In this document: positions 11,931-24,250 of the stretch, piece by piece
Layout of the letters: every line of letters starts with the position of its first letter
Numbering within the stretch: the first letter of the stretch is position 1
DNA from: Raja brachyura
Lineage: Eukaryota
Direction of reading: 5' to 3'
DNA: 64,000 nucleotides
NCBI GenBank assembly: GCA_963514005.1
Contig: OY740790.1
Location: 56,048,001-56,112,000, forward strand
Made by a program: the position numbers and the translations under genes
The notes under the pieces: generated by a model
What the model saw: only the letters and a program-made list of their open reading frames with translations
What the model was told of the DNA's origin: nothing
Databases searched by the model: none

Positions 11931-14229
11931 CCTAACTATAGGACACCTAACTATAGGTTTCAAAGGACAACAATCATACTATTGCCTACTCCTCACCTCA
12001 TTAGGATCAAATATCCATTTAGCTGGTGCGTGAGATGCTATCCAATGCAATTTAAAGTATTCTACCACTGTTTAATTTATGTGGGTTGTGGTACAGTTCT
12101 GCAGCAATATGGTTCTTTCCATAGTTGCTTCTAGTGATCCACTACATTCTCTACTGCCTCCCAAGGATGAGGCGATATCCCTTATCACCAGAATACAGCT
12201 ACCTGAGACTTGCTTCACACAAACTGCACACAACAAGATTAAAAGGATAACCGCACACACTTTGCAGCATAATAAATCCTAATGATAAAAGATTCAGTAG
12301 GCTTCAGACACATATCAAACCATAAGAGATTCAAAGGATCTGACAGAACAATCTATTCCAATTCCAAATGTAATTTTGCTCAATGATATTTCTCTTTTAT
12401 GATGTAGCCTCCAACAGAATCATAGAATTGTTCTGGCAAAGAAGCAGGTCATTTGTGGCACCAAGTCCATGCTGGCTCTTTGTAGAGTCAGTCCCATTCT
12501 GGTCAGTTCCATTCCGCTCTTTCCTCAGACTGTTTTCCCTAAAGTGCCTCTTCAATTCTCTTGTGACTCTATTTGACGCATAACCACTCGATATAATGAA
12601 GTTTTCCATAGCATTCTTCTGCAGATTTATTTGCCCACTTCTTCAAAAAAATGCCCATTCCATCTTTGTTATAAGGGGAATAATCCCAATGTGTCTAACC
12701 TTGCAGATGAAACACCTTACCCCTGATCCATTTCCCTCAGCACCTTCATATTCTTGCTAAAATGTGGTGAACAGAATTTGCCATACTTGTGGCTCAACCA
12801 TTTCTTCACTTATTCCGAGCCGGAGTGGAATCCATAATCTCCATTACTATGAAACAATAGACAATAGACAAAAGGTGTAGGAGTAGGCCATTCGGCCCTT
12901 CGAGCCAGCACTGCCATTCAATGTGATCATGGCTGATCATCCCCAATCAACAAACTGTTCCTGCCAGCTCCCCATATCCCCTGAATCTGCTATCTTTAAG
13001 AACCCTTTCGGGCTCTCTCTTGAAAATATCCAGAGAACCGGCCCCCACCCACTGCCCTCTGAGGTAGAGAATTCCACACTCACAACTCTGTGTGCGAAAA
13101 ACCAGTAAAGAGCCAATTAAGTCACTCAGTGTGGAAACAGAGCCTCAGCCCCACTGTATCAATGTTTGCTCTCGACTTCCCCACTTCCTATTATTCACCC
13201 AAGAGTCTTCCATCCGTGGTGTTACAAGTGCATTAATACACCCAGCAACCTTCAGGCAGTGAGTTCCAGGTTTCAATCTCATCTGGTGAAAACATCCTCC
13301 TTACATTCCCTTGAACAATCCTCCCCTTTATCTTAATCCTATTCCCTCTTCTTAAGGAAAAGCTCACTACCTACACCGTCTGTGCCCCTTATAATCTTGT
13401 ATGTTTCAGTCAAATCACCCCTCACCAAATCGCCATCTCCGTTCCAAAGAAAACAAACTCAGTGTGTCCCGACATTCTTCCTCCAGTTTACGATTAAATC
13501 CATTACAGCTAATTATAATGCAAGTGTTTCTAATTTGAAAAGTTTTGACACTCTATTTATCACATTGGTGTCGGTTAAACTTACAGTATATTGAATTTCC
13601 TCTAAAACATGCAAACTATTTTATGCGTTTGTTCACAAGTTTGACAGAAAAATGCATGGTTTCGATTTTTTACTGTGATCAAACAATAAAAGATTCAATT
13701 ACCTTCAGACTTGTATACACCCATGGAAGACCATAAAGTCTGATGGAAATCTTTCCTGCTTCAAGATTGAGGAGTATTTTTTTAATGAAAACACAAATTA
13801 TTTGAATTTTCTAAGCATCTCTCAAAAAAGGATGGGTTCCGAACACCATGCATGCTTGCAAACATCTTAATGGGTGACGGGAGAGATAGAGGAAGATATT
13901 TTGCCGAAGACACTGAATTGAATGCTCACAGATATCTCTGAGAAACATAAAAGAAGCTCTCCATTGGGTTTATCATGCACAAGTCCTTCCTTTCCTTCCT
14001 TTTATTCCCAACATTTGCCAAGCACTTTCAAATATGCTGAAATACCACAGTCAAAACCCAGTTGAATTCCTCCAATCCACTGCTCTCCGGTGGTCTAAGC
14101 AATTATATGTCATTAAATATGCAATTACTTGATGTTTTATTTCCTTTTTTTATGGGGAGGCAATATAGTGTCTGCAAGGGTTTATTTAAGAACTGAGCGT
14201 ACTGTGCGGTTTGACTTTGCAAAGTGATA

Positions 14230-14560
14230 CAGTGGCATAGTCAGCAGAGCAGCCACCTCATGGTGCCGGGTCAAAGACCCGGGTTAAATCTTCACCTCAG
14301 GTGTTCTCTGTGTTGTGTTTTCACGTTCTCCATGTGAACATGAGAATTTTCTTTGGGTGCTTTGGTTTTGATGTGAAGATTCATAGAATAATTTGCCGTG
14401 TACAATGCCCCTTGTGCGTAGGTGAGCGGTAGAATCTGATGGAAATGTGGGGGGATGAATAGATAAGCTTAATGTAGGATGAGTGTGAATGGATAACTGA
14501 TGGTCAGCACACTCGTGGTCCTAAGGGTCTGTATCCATGCTGTATATCCTCATGACTCTA
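14230..14560 (+). mobile_element. Diverged HE1/V-SINE
   Basis: Degenerate tRNA head, V core and CR1-like tail. Confidence 0.7.
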
Positions 14561-14627
14561 TTATTGTGCCATCACTATTATTTCAGTACTAGTTTATTGC
14601 CTTCAGCAAATAATGTTTTTAGCATAT

Positions 14628-14912
14628 TTTAGTTTTGTTTAAAAATACAGCATGGAAACAAGCCCTTTGACCCACTGAGTCCGCCTTGACCAACAATCTC
14701 CCTTGCACTAGTTTTACCCTACACACAAGGGACAACTTGCACAAGCCGTTTAACCTGCAAACCTGCACATCCTTGGAATGTGGGAGGAAACTGGAGCACT
14801 GAAAACCCACGCGGTCACAGGGAGAACATACAAACTCTGCATTGACAGCACCCATAGTCAGGATTGAACACAGGTCCCTGTGCTGGAAAGCAGCAACTTT
14901 ACTGCTGCACCA
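14628..14912 (-). mobile_element. HE1/V-SINE
   Basis: Tail, V core and head motifs on the minus strand. Confidence 0.85.
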
Positions 14913-14970
14913 TAACTGTGCAGTTGTGATAGCTTTACCTCTGCATTGGCCTTGTAAATGGAAACATTAA

Positions 14971-15211
14971 AGAGCCTGTCCCACTTTCATGACCTAATTC
15001 ACGACCTCTGCCGAGTTTTCCCTTGACTCATACTCACAGCATGGCCGTCACAAGGTCGTATGAGGCAGGTCATAGGTAGGTCATAGGAGGTTGTGATGCT
15101 AGTCATAGGTACTCGTGGCATCAAGTAGGTCGGGGCGTTTTTCTAGCATGATGAAAAATGTCCACGAGTAAAAAAGGTTGTGAATTAGGTCGTGAAAGTG
15201 GAACAGGCCCT
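14971..15211. mobile_element. PIF/Harbinger-type MITE
   Basis: TIR AGAGCCTGTCCCACTTTCATGACCTAATTCACGACC against its complement at the right end. TAA TSD on both sides. Confidence 0.85.
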
Positions 15212-16274
15212 TAAAGAGACTTCAGACAGTTTATGACATAAAAATTGATTTGGTATCTGGCACAGCACACTTATGAACGTCAGCACGCAACAAAAGCTTT
15301 GCCCTGTACCTCGGTACACGTGACAATAAACTAAACTGAAACTGACATTTTGGCAATGTACTCCAGGATGAAAATCATATATGTTGAAAATCTGAAATAA
15401 AAGCAGAAAATGCTGGCTACACCCAGCAAGTCATTGAGCATCTGTGGCAAGAGACGCAAAATAACTGTTTCTGGTTAGAAAGAGTCTTTGATGTGAAGCT
15501 TTAACTTGGTTTCTCTTGCCACAGGTGTTGCCTGATCTGCTGAGTGCTTCCAGCATTTTATAATTTTACCCCATGATGATATTGACGGAAGAATTAATTT
15601 TTTATTAACGATGTTGCCATGGCAGCAGCAGATATAGTTGAAAGGACAAGCATGTGGTGGATTAATTTCTTCTGTTCTTTATATGTGGAACTCTATTCTT
15701 GAAGTTCAGTTCTTCTGAAGTCAATGGCACCATTATTTGGGAGTAATCAATGAGCACATATATATTGATATCCTCAATATAAGATGCTATTGATCGGTAA
15801 CTCAGCCTACACAGCTCTCAAGAGTGCAGAATTTCAAACATTTACTGCCCTTTTGAATTTTCTGCTCATTTCAGTCCTTAATCTCCAACCCCTTATTTTA
15901 TAATTGATTCCCAGATATCTCAGCCAGCTGAAACATCTTCCTTGCATCTTTTCTTTCAAACACTGCAAGAATTTTGTATGTTGGAATGAGATCAAGTCAC
16001 AGACTTTTAAACTCAAAGGAATTTCAGTGCAGCCTGCTCAATTACTCCTCACAAAGCAAGCTTCCCCATCCCAAGAATCACTATGACCAACCTACATTGT
16101 GTTTCTTCCATTTTAAGTATGTTCTTTCTTGGGCAGTTTGGACCAGCCATCAAGAGCCAAGAGTTATGAGTCACGAGAGTCTGATTGGCTTATGAACCAG
16201 GAATGAAGCAAAAAAAAAAATCTTGCTTGCTGCATCTTCACAGGCACATTGTTCCAATAACACAACGATAACAA

Positions 16275-17352
16275 TTTGACGAGGTTCCGCATGGTAGGCT
16301 GCTCTCGAAGATTAGATTGCATGGGATCCTCGAACAGATAGCTGAATGGATAGAAAATTGGATTTCTGGAAGGAAGCAGAGGCTGACGGTGGAAAGTTGC
16401 TTCTCAAACTGGTGGCCTATTTCCTTTGCTCCATAGATGCTGCTGCACCCGCTGAGTTTCTCCAGCACCTTTGTCTGCCTGTGACTCAGGGTTCGGTGCT
16501 GGGCCTGTTACTGTTTGTCATCTATATCAATGATTTGGATGAGAACATACATGGCAAGATTAGCAAGATTGCTGTTGATACAAAAGTTAGTGGTTTTGCT
16601 GATAGTGAACATAGTTGTGAAAAATTGCAGCAGGATTTTGATTGATTGGCCAGGTGGGCTGAGGAATGGTTGATGGAATTTAATACAGAGAAATGTTGCA
16701 TTTTGGAAAGTCTAACATGGGCAGGATCTACACACTGAATGGTTGGTGTCTGGAGAGTGCAGTAGAGCAGAGTTATGAGATACATAACTAGGAGTTAGAG
16801 CTAGAGCATAACTAGAGCTAGGAGATACATGGTTCGTTGAAGGTGGGCAAGAAGGTGTTTGGCACGTTGGCGCCCATCAGTCAGAGTATTGAGTATAGAG
16901 GTTGAGAGGATAATGTTGCATTTGTATAAGACTTTGGAGAGGCCGCATTTAGAGTCTCATGCTTAATTTTGGGCACCATGTTATAGGAAAGATGTTGTCA
17001 AGCTGGAAAGGTACAGAGAAGATTTACAAGGACGTTACCAGGTCTTGAGGGTCTGAGCTATAGGGAAAGGTTGAATAGGCTGGGACTATTCCTTGGAGTG
17101 CAGGGGGATGAGGGGTGATCTTATTGAGGTGTATAAAATCATGAGAGGAATGGATCGGGTAGATGCACAGTGTCTCTTGCCCAGAGTAGGTGTACCGGGG
17201 ACCAGAGGACATAAGGTGAAGGGGATAAGATTTAATAGGAATCTGAACGGTAACCTTTTTCAAAAAGGGTGGTGGATGTATGGAACAAGCTGCCAGGGGA
17301 GGTAGTTGAGGCAGGGACTATCACAACATTTAAAAAACAGTTAGACAGGTAC
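16275..17352 (+). mobile_element. CR1 LINE ORF2 RT/3' remnant with a small internal insertion (about 16412-16475)
   Basis: QGSVLGLLLFVIYINDLD...KIAVDTK (RT YINDL/FADDTK motifs) and RGDLIEVYKIMRG...TRGH. Confidence 0.9.
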
Positions 17353-18162
17353 CTTTCACAATCTGTTTTTTTTCTGTTTTCTACAAGGGGATTACTTCAC
17401 ATTTAATCACATTATATGCACTGCCTGTATTCCTTTGAACCCTTTCTTCACAAGACACACAACCATCCAGCTCAGTATCATCAACAAATTTGGACCCCTT
17501 ATCCAGATCGCTAAGGTGGTTTGTCAAACCTGATCTTTGTTGACTGTGATAAATTCATGTTGACTATCCAATTTTATTCTTATTTTCTATGTTCCTTGTT
17601 ACCCATCATTGAATCATGGAAAGGTGCAGCACAGAAAATAGCTATTTTGTCCCATTCATCCATGTCGATAGCAATGCAAATGTATGCTATTCCAATTTTT
17701 ATATGCAGAAAGGAACTGCAGATGCCGGTTTATATTGAAGATGGACACAAAGTGCTGGAGTAACTCAGATGGTCAGGGAGCATCTCTGGAGAAAAAGGAT
17801 GGCTGACGTTTTGGTCAAGACCTTTCTTCAGACTGAAAGTAGAGGGGAGGGGACTAGAGGTAAAAAAAAAGGCTAGAACTAGGGCCAGAACCCTTATCTC
17901 TCTATGCCATTTCTGTCCAAGCATAAACATTGTAATTGTCTTTGCCTCCACCATCTCCACAGCAACCCTTTCCAGATATTCACCACCTTCTTTGTGATAA
18001 ACTTTCTTCTCCAATCTCCTTTAAATGTCTCCCCTCTCAGTAAATGGTCATAAAAAGCTGGAGTAACTCAACGGGTCAGACAGTATCTGACAGCAGTCGT
18101 CCGACCCGCAGAGTTACTACAGCTTTTTATATCTATCTTTGTATCCAACTGGCTGGCTCACC

Positions 18163-18933
18163 ATACAATAATACAATAATACTTTATACAATAATACTTT
18201 ATTAGCCAAGTATGTTTTGCAACAAAGGAGGAATTTCATTTGCCTAGTCATTCATACAAATAAAAAACAACAGAACACACAAAATACATTTTAACATAAA
18301 CGTCCACCACAGTGACTCCTCCACATTGCTCACTGTGATGGAAGGCGAAAAAAAGTTAAATCTCTTCCCTTCTTGGGTCTCCCGCGATCGGGGGCCTCGA
18401 GCCTTCCGTTGACGGGATGATCTTGCTCTTGTAGCCGGGGGCGAGCCTCCTTATCAGGCCGATCAAGCTCCCACATCGGGAAGATGTCAGCTCCCCGCGC
18501 CAAGCGATCTGACCCTGGGCGGGGCTTGTCGAACCTTCTGTGTCGTTGGAACTCCTGACTCGGCCTCACCCGAGACTGTGAGCTCTCGATGGTAAAGTCT
18601 GCAGGCCGAGGTTGGAGCGATCCCAGGCAAGAGATCGGCTCTGATGTTAATTTCACGCCCCACTGTGGGGTTCAATGTCAATCCGAGCAGGCCTCCAGCT
18701 CCATGATGTTGGGCCGCAGGGCAACTGGAGATACGATCTGGAAAACAAACACATCTTCGGCGAGGTACGAGTTTGACCAAAAGTTTCCCCCGAACCTTCC
18801 GCCCACCCCCCCCATATAAAGCAAACCAGAGAACATGAACATATATTTTTAAAACACATTAAAAATAACAAAAAAAGACGAAAAAAACAGACAGACCTTT
18901 GGGGAGGCTGCCAATCGAGCAGCACCCCTGGTG
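18163..18933 (-). mobile_element. Non-autonomous retroelement, copy 1, without a tRNA head and with a LINE-like 3' tail
   Basis: Homologous to 29415-29870. On the minus strand it ends with ACATACTTGGCTAATAAA plus (TATTG)n-like repeats, similar to the Rex1-type 3' end at about 49140-49190. Confidence 0.65.
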
Positions 18934-19639
18934 GTATATATAGCCATGCTTCCCATGTGATCTCACCTTCCAAAACAGTCTATCACAAGGATTATAATTT
19001 AACTGTAGACCTCTTAAATTTATTTTATTCTCATGTTACAATTCTCAACAATTACTTAGAATCATACATACAGTGTGAAAACATGCCCTTCAGCCCAACT
19101 TGACCACACCGACACTTCTGGAAGGTTTTCTGTTTCTTCTTCCCAGTAGACTGATACAAAATATAATTTAATTCCACTGGCATTTCCTTGCTTCCTCATA
19201 TAATATCTGTAAAACAGCTTCTTGATAATGCATGCAATGGACTTGAAAGGAACATGAGCTAGCGTGTGAAGTTAGTGTTGAACAAGCAGCAAGTCCCTTT
19301 ACTACTGCTGCCGTGAGGTCCACCACTGAGCAAACAGTGGTTGGAAAGCTCTTTCAGTAGACATCCTGATTCCTTTGGGTCTTGACTCCTTTGGGTGTGA
19401 ATCCCAGCTATTCACTATCCTTTGCTTTAATTTTGTGTGTGTTCTTTTGCAAATTCATGCTCTCAATGTAAAACTTACTGTGCACCCTAACGTAGTGCAA
19501 TATACAAATTTGGATATAGTACTCTTTATTTCCTCATCTAAGCTGTTATGTACAAGATCTAGGGCTCAGAAGGGAACCTGGGGAACACCACTTTTTCAAG
19601 TTCTGCACAGCAGATCAGTCATCTGTACAAAAAACAAAC

Positions 19640-20175
19640 ACAGAGTGTTGGAAGAACTCAGCGGGTCAGGCAGTATCCCTATAGATACTCCAGATAGGAG
19701 AAGTTGGATAAGTGATATTTTGAGTCAGGACACTTCTTCAGATTGATTGTAAGGGAGAAAGAAACTCGAAGAGAGGAGGGGCAGGACAAAGCATTGCAGT
19801 AATGGGGGAACTCAGGCAAGTGAGGATTTTGAGGTGTGAGATCAAAGGATTGAAGAGTTGTGAAACAAGAGGAAGGAATGTAGTGGAAGGGAAAAATAGT
19901 TGTCAGTCCCAGGTGGGGCGCAGGGTAGGGGAGGGGAGATAAATGGGAGGCGTGGGGGAGAAAGGGGAGGGGGAGTTGTTAAGGCTACCTACAATTGGTG
20001 AAATCATTGTTCATACCATTGGGTTTTAAGCTTTCACCTGGCGGATTATGGGATGCTGTTCCATCCAGTTTGCGTGTGGCCTTACTCTGGCAATGGAGGA
20101 GGCCCAGGACTGAAAGGTCGCTATGTGAATGGTTAGCAACCGAGAGATTTGTTTGGCCTTGGGGGACCGGGCCTC
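19640..20175 (-). mobile_element. Penelope-like element 3'/pLTR remnant
   Basis: Same terminal repeat motif, a purine-rich tract and decayed sequence downstream of the GIY-YIG domain (GCGTGTGGCCTTACTCTGGCAATGGAGGAGGCCCAGGAC). Confidence 0.6.
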
Positions 20176-20179
20176 AACA

Positions 20180-20880
20180 TTTTCCTTATCAATTGGAATT
20201 TTACTGAATGGCTTTGCAATGTCCATTGTTAAGTCAAACTTACTTTCTCTGAGGAAAAGCATATTGACTCATTCAGATCAGCTCATATATGTTTAAAAGC
20301 TCTTAGATTTGAATAGCCTCTTCAACATTAATATTACATAGAAAAATAGGAGTTACCTGCATTTTTCGTTCTCTTTTCCTTCTTCAGTAATAGAATGACA
20401 TGAACACTTCCACTCTAATGGTGCGATTCCTGAATCAAGAGTGCTTTAAAAAAATAATAACTAACACCTCTGTTGTTTACTCATCTACTTATTACGTTAT
20501 ACTGTGGCATTGGAACCCATTAAGCCTTACACGTTTATTTATCCATCCTAAGTCCCAATATTTTCATTTGTTTTTATCTTATACCGAATCCAATGAATTC
20601 TTCCCCTTGATTCATTTCCTAATCTCCCTTTATATCTCTGAGTATTCTACAGTGGAAATGGAGACAAACTACTTCTTCAATAAATCTATCACTAGGTTCG
20701 GTATTATAGTGTCACATGCATCTTATTCCACTAGACCCATAACTCTTGTACCCACTTTTACTCTTACTATATTTGTAAAAGCTTCGAGTCATAAGCCACA
20801 TTATCTACAGATGTTCCATCATTTTAGCCTTTTTTTGCGGCTTTTATTGTTTTCCTTTTGTGCACTTGCACTAAATCACA
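20180..20880 (-). mobile_element. Ancient CR1 ORF2 remnant (pre-RT region)
   Basis: Minus strand shows decayed YF.S.FT.E, DK...G..G and SLDSG..P.EWK-like motifs. The 167-aa plus-strand ORF is its antisense. Confidence 0.6.
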
Positions 20881-21700
20881 CTAGTGCAAGGGAGAGAATG
20901 TAAGTAATAAGGAGATAATATAGCACCTAGATGCATGTAAGGATTCAAACATTTGCTAATTATTTAATTTACAATTGAGAAGTGGAGAGCCATATGCAAA
21001 GGTTTTCCAAAGGTACAAAGAATAGCAGGATTATAAGCAATGGAGTTAGAGGCTTAAAATTATAAGATGAACTAGAGTCACCGTATCATACAACAGAGAA
21101 CTAGGCCCTTCGCCTCACCATGTTCATGCCACCATTCTACCTATCTACACAAATCCTCTTTATCCACATCATTTCTGCTTCACCTTGTCATGTCCATACC
21201 CTCTTCCATTTTGCCTGGCCCACTTCCAATCACCATGTTCTTCCTGCATCAGTGAGGCCCTTTACCATTGTACTTGGTTAGTTGCCTCTTTTCTCTGTCC
21301 ATCCCTGTTCCTGGTTCGCCCACCATGGTCTTCCCCCTGCCTTCTCCTTTTCAGATCCACTTGAGCTGCACCCTGCCAGGTTCCCAGATCCACTCAGGGG
21401 TCATCCCACTGCCCCTGAGGGTTTCCCCTGCCGTCAGCTAGCCCTGTGATCCTTGTGGTTCACTTCTTGCTTCAGTCTGACTTCCCAGCCCATTCGTGCT
21501 TCACCCTACCTGGTTTACTGGCTTAGTCCCCCTGCACCTCTTCACATTTCCCGGTCAACTTCTATACACCCTCTTCCTCCAGCCTCACTGTGTCGCCAAT
21601 TACCATTGTGCAATGGTGACAAATGGATTTTGAACAAGCCAAGTGTGAGGTTTTACACCTGATATACAATGGATTTGAGCTTTTCTTAAGTGGTATATTA

Positions 21701-22655
21701 GGGCAGCTTAGTGACGTAGCGGTAGACAGCTGCCTTACAGCACCAGACACCCTAAAAGTAGGTGCTGTCTGTACAGAGTTTCTACGTTCTCCCTGTGACC
21801 GGATGGGTCTTCTCCAGATGCACCCTCTCAGACTCCAAAGACGTACAGATTTACAAGTTGGGGAAAGGGGAAGTACAACGGGATCTGGGAGTCGTTGTTC
21901 ATCCGTCAATTAAAGTAAGCATGCAGGTACAGCAGGCAGTGAAGAAAGCGAATGGGATGTTGGCCTTCATAACGCGAGGAGATGAGTATAGGAGCAAAGA
22001 GGTCCTTCTGCAGTTGTACAGGGCCCTAGTGAGACCACACCTGGAGTATTGTGTGCAGTTTTGGTCCCCTAATATGAGGAAGGACATTCTTGCTATTGTG
22101 GGAGTGCACATAGGTTTACAAGGTTAATTCCCTGGAACGTGGGACTGTCATATGCTGAGAGAATGGAGTGGTTGGGTTTATATACTCTGGAATTTAATAC
22201 TCTGGAATACTCTGGATGAGAGGGGATCTTATTGAAACATATAAGATTATTAAGGGTTTGGACACGCTAGAGGCAGGAAACATGTTCCCGGTGTTGGGGG
22301 AGTCCAGAACCAGGGGCCACAGTTTAGAACAAGAGGTAAGGCATTTAGAACTGAGATGAGGAAACACTTTTTCACACAGAGAGTTGTGAGTCTGTAGAAT
22401 TCTTTACCTCAGAGGGCGGTGGAGGCCGGTTCTCTGGATAATTTAAAGAGAGAGCTAGATAGGGCTCTTAAACATAATGCAGTCAGGGGTTATGGGGCGA
22501 AGGCAGGAACGGGGTACTGATTGGGGATGATCAGCCATGATCACATGGTGGTGCTGGCCTACTCCTGCACCTATTGTTTATTAATTGGCTTCGGTAAAAG
22601 TGTAAATTGTCCCTAGTGTGTAGGATAGTGCAAGCGCACGGGGTGATCGCTGGTA
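21701..22655 (+). mobile_element. HE1/V-SINE interrupted by a CR1 3' fragment (about 21856-22580)
   Basis: SINE head and core to about 21855, then LGKGEVQRDLGV...LVRPHLEYCVQFWSP. SINE resumes at TTAATTGGCTTCGGTAAAAGTGTAAATTGTCCC. Confidence 0.9.
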
Positions 22656-22959
22656 CGTATTTGCAACTATCTTTTGCACATGATGAGGGAACCTGGTTCA
22701 ATCACTTGTTTAAATTATGATGTAGGTAAATTTATTAATGGATAAGAGGCAGAATATGAGCACAGAAGTCAATATGACAGGTTTGAAATGCTCCTTTGTT
22801 CCTATATTTCTCTTAGTCCTTTAGATGGCTCCTTTTCCTGTTGCCTGTGCGGGCCATATTTTTTAGGTTTGTACATTTTCTGATGGTTGCTTGGCTGGGA
22901 TTGTCTGTGTGTTTTCTGCTTTTATTTGCAGCTGAAGCCAGTTGAATGTGCTCAGTGAA

Positions 22960-23270
22960 GCTTCACGAGATGGATTCCTGGGTTGGCTGGTTTGTTGTAT
23001 GAGGAAAGATTAAGCAGAGTCAGTCTGTACTCTCTTGAGTTTGGAAGGGCGAGAGGTGATCTCATTGAGCCAAGTAAGATTCTTAAGAAACTTGACAGGC
23101 TACATGCAGAGACGATGATTCCCCTAGACATGATGTCTAGAACCAGGGGTTACAGTTTCATAGTAAGGGGTCAACACTTCAGAAGTGAGGTGAGTTCCTC
23201 ACCGTCTCCCAGAGAGTGGTACATCTTTGGAATGCGCTATCCAGCGAGGTGTGACGGCTCAGAAAATGGG
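22960..23270 (+). mobile_element. CR1 ORF2 3' fragment
   Basis: GLLYEERLSRVSLYSLEFGRARGDLIE...SRTRGYS. Confidence 0.85.
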
Positions 23271-23599
23271 CGGTTTCTTACTTCTCAGTTTGAATGTCTG
23301 GACCCGAAGCATCACCTATCCACGTTTTCCCGAGATGCTGCCAGACCTGCTGAGTTACTCCAGCATTCTGTGTCTTTTTTTGCTCTGCCCTGTTGAAAGC
23401 TGACATAGGCCCAATGGGGTTTTTATGTATTGCAATTAGTAAAATATATTGGCCATGAGAAACAGGACATCAACGGTTAGCTATTAAATGCATCAAGGGA
23501 CTTGAAGCTTCATAAGGGATGGATGGTGTACAAACTTAGTAGGACGACTGGAAACCAATGTGGAAGCAAGGCTCTTGCAGGCTAAACCTTGCAAAGCTT

Positions 23600-24250
23600 A
23601 TTGAAGGTTGTCAGAGTGGATTGCTACCGTGATTCTAATCTTTAAAGAGCTTGGGGACACATTGCTGGGAATTATAGGCCTGTTAGTGTGACATCTATGG
23701 TAAGAAAAATACGAAAGTTCCTTGTAAAATAAACAATCCCAGAGCATTCTGGAATGGCAAACCAATAAATCCAAGCAAATACAGTTTCACAAATGACAGA
23801 TCCCAGCTACAAATTCATTGTTTTATTTTGAGGACATGCAGTGGGAGGATAAAGGCACGATGACTTTCAGAAGTGTTTGCTAACATCCCACAAGATTTGT
23901 GGCAAAAGTGACAGCTCAGGGGACCTGATCTGAAAGAGTAAATTGGATTATTAATTAGCTAGGTTATATGAAACAGGAGGTAGTTATTAATGGTAATAAC
24001 ATTAATTGACTGCTTGTGACCAGAGGAGCCCTCAATGAACAGTCCCAGAAAACTCCATTGTTAACAAATATATTAATATCCGACAGGGTTTTCCGAGAAG
24101 ATAGATTTTCAGATATGCCATTAACAAGAGGACAGATGAATTATAAACTGCACTTATCCTAATGGTTAATGCGTTCAGTACTGTGCTAAAATAATGACTA
24201 TCATCACAATGGGGAATATTCTGAAAGTTGCAAAAAGGTTAAAAAAAATG
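23600..24250 (+). mobile_element. Ancient CR1 RT remnant
   Basis: GGGAATTATAGGCCTGTTAGTGTGACATC (GNYRPVS.TS) and GACTTTCAGAAG (DFQK) remnants. Confidence 0.7.

Noticed and set aside
20400-20903. 167-aa plus-strand ORF as a host gene
   Set aside because: Antisense to a decayed CR1 ORF2, with no recognisable domain.
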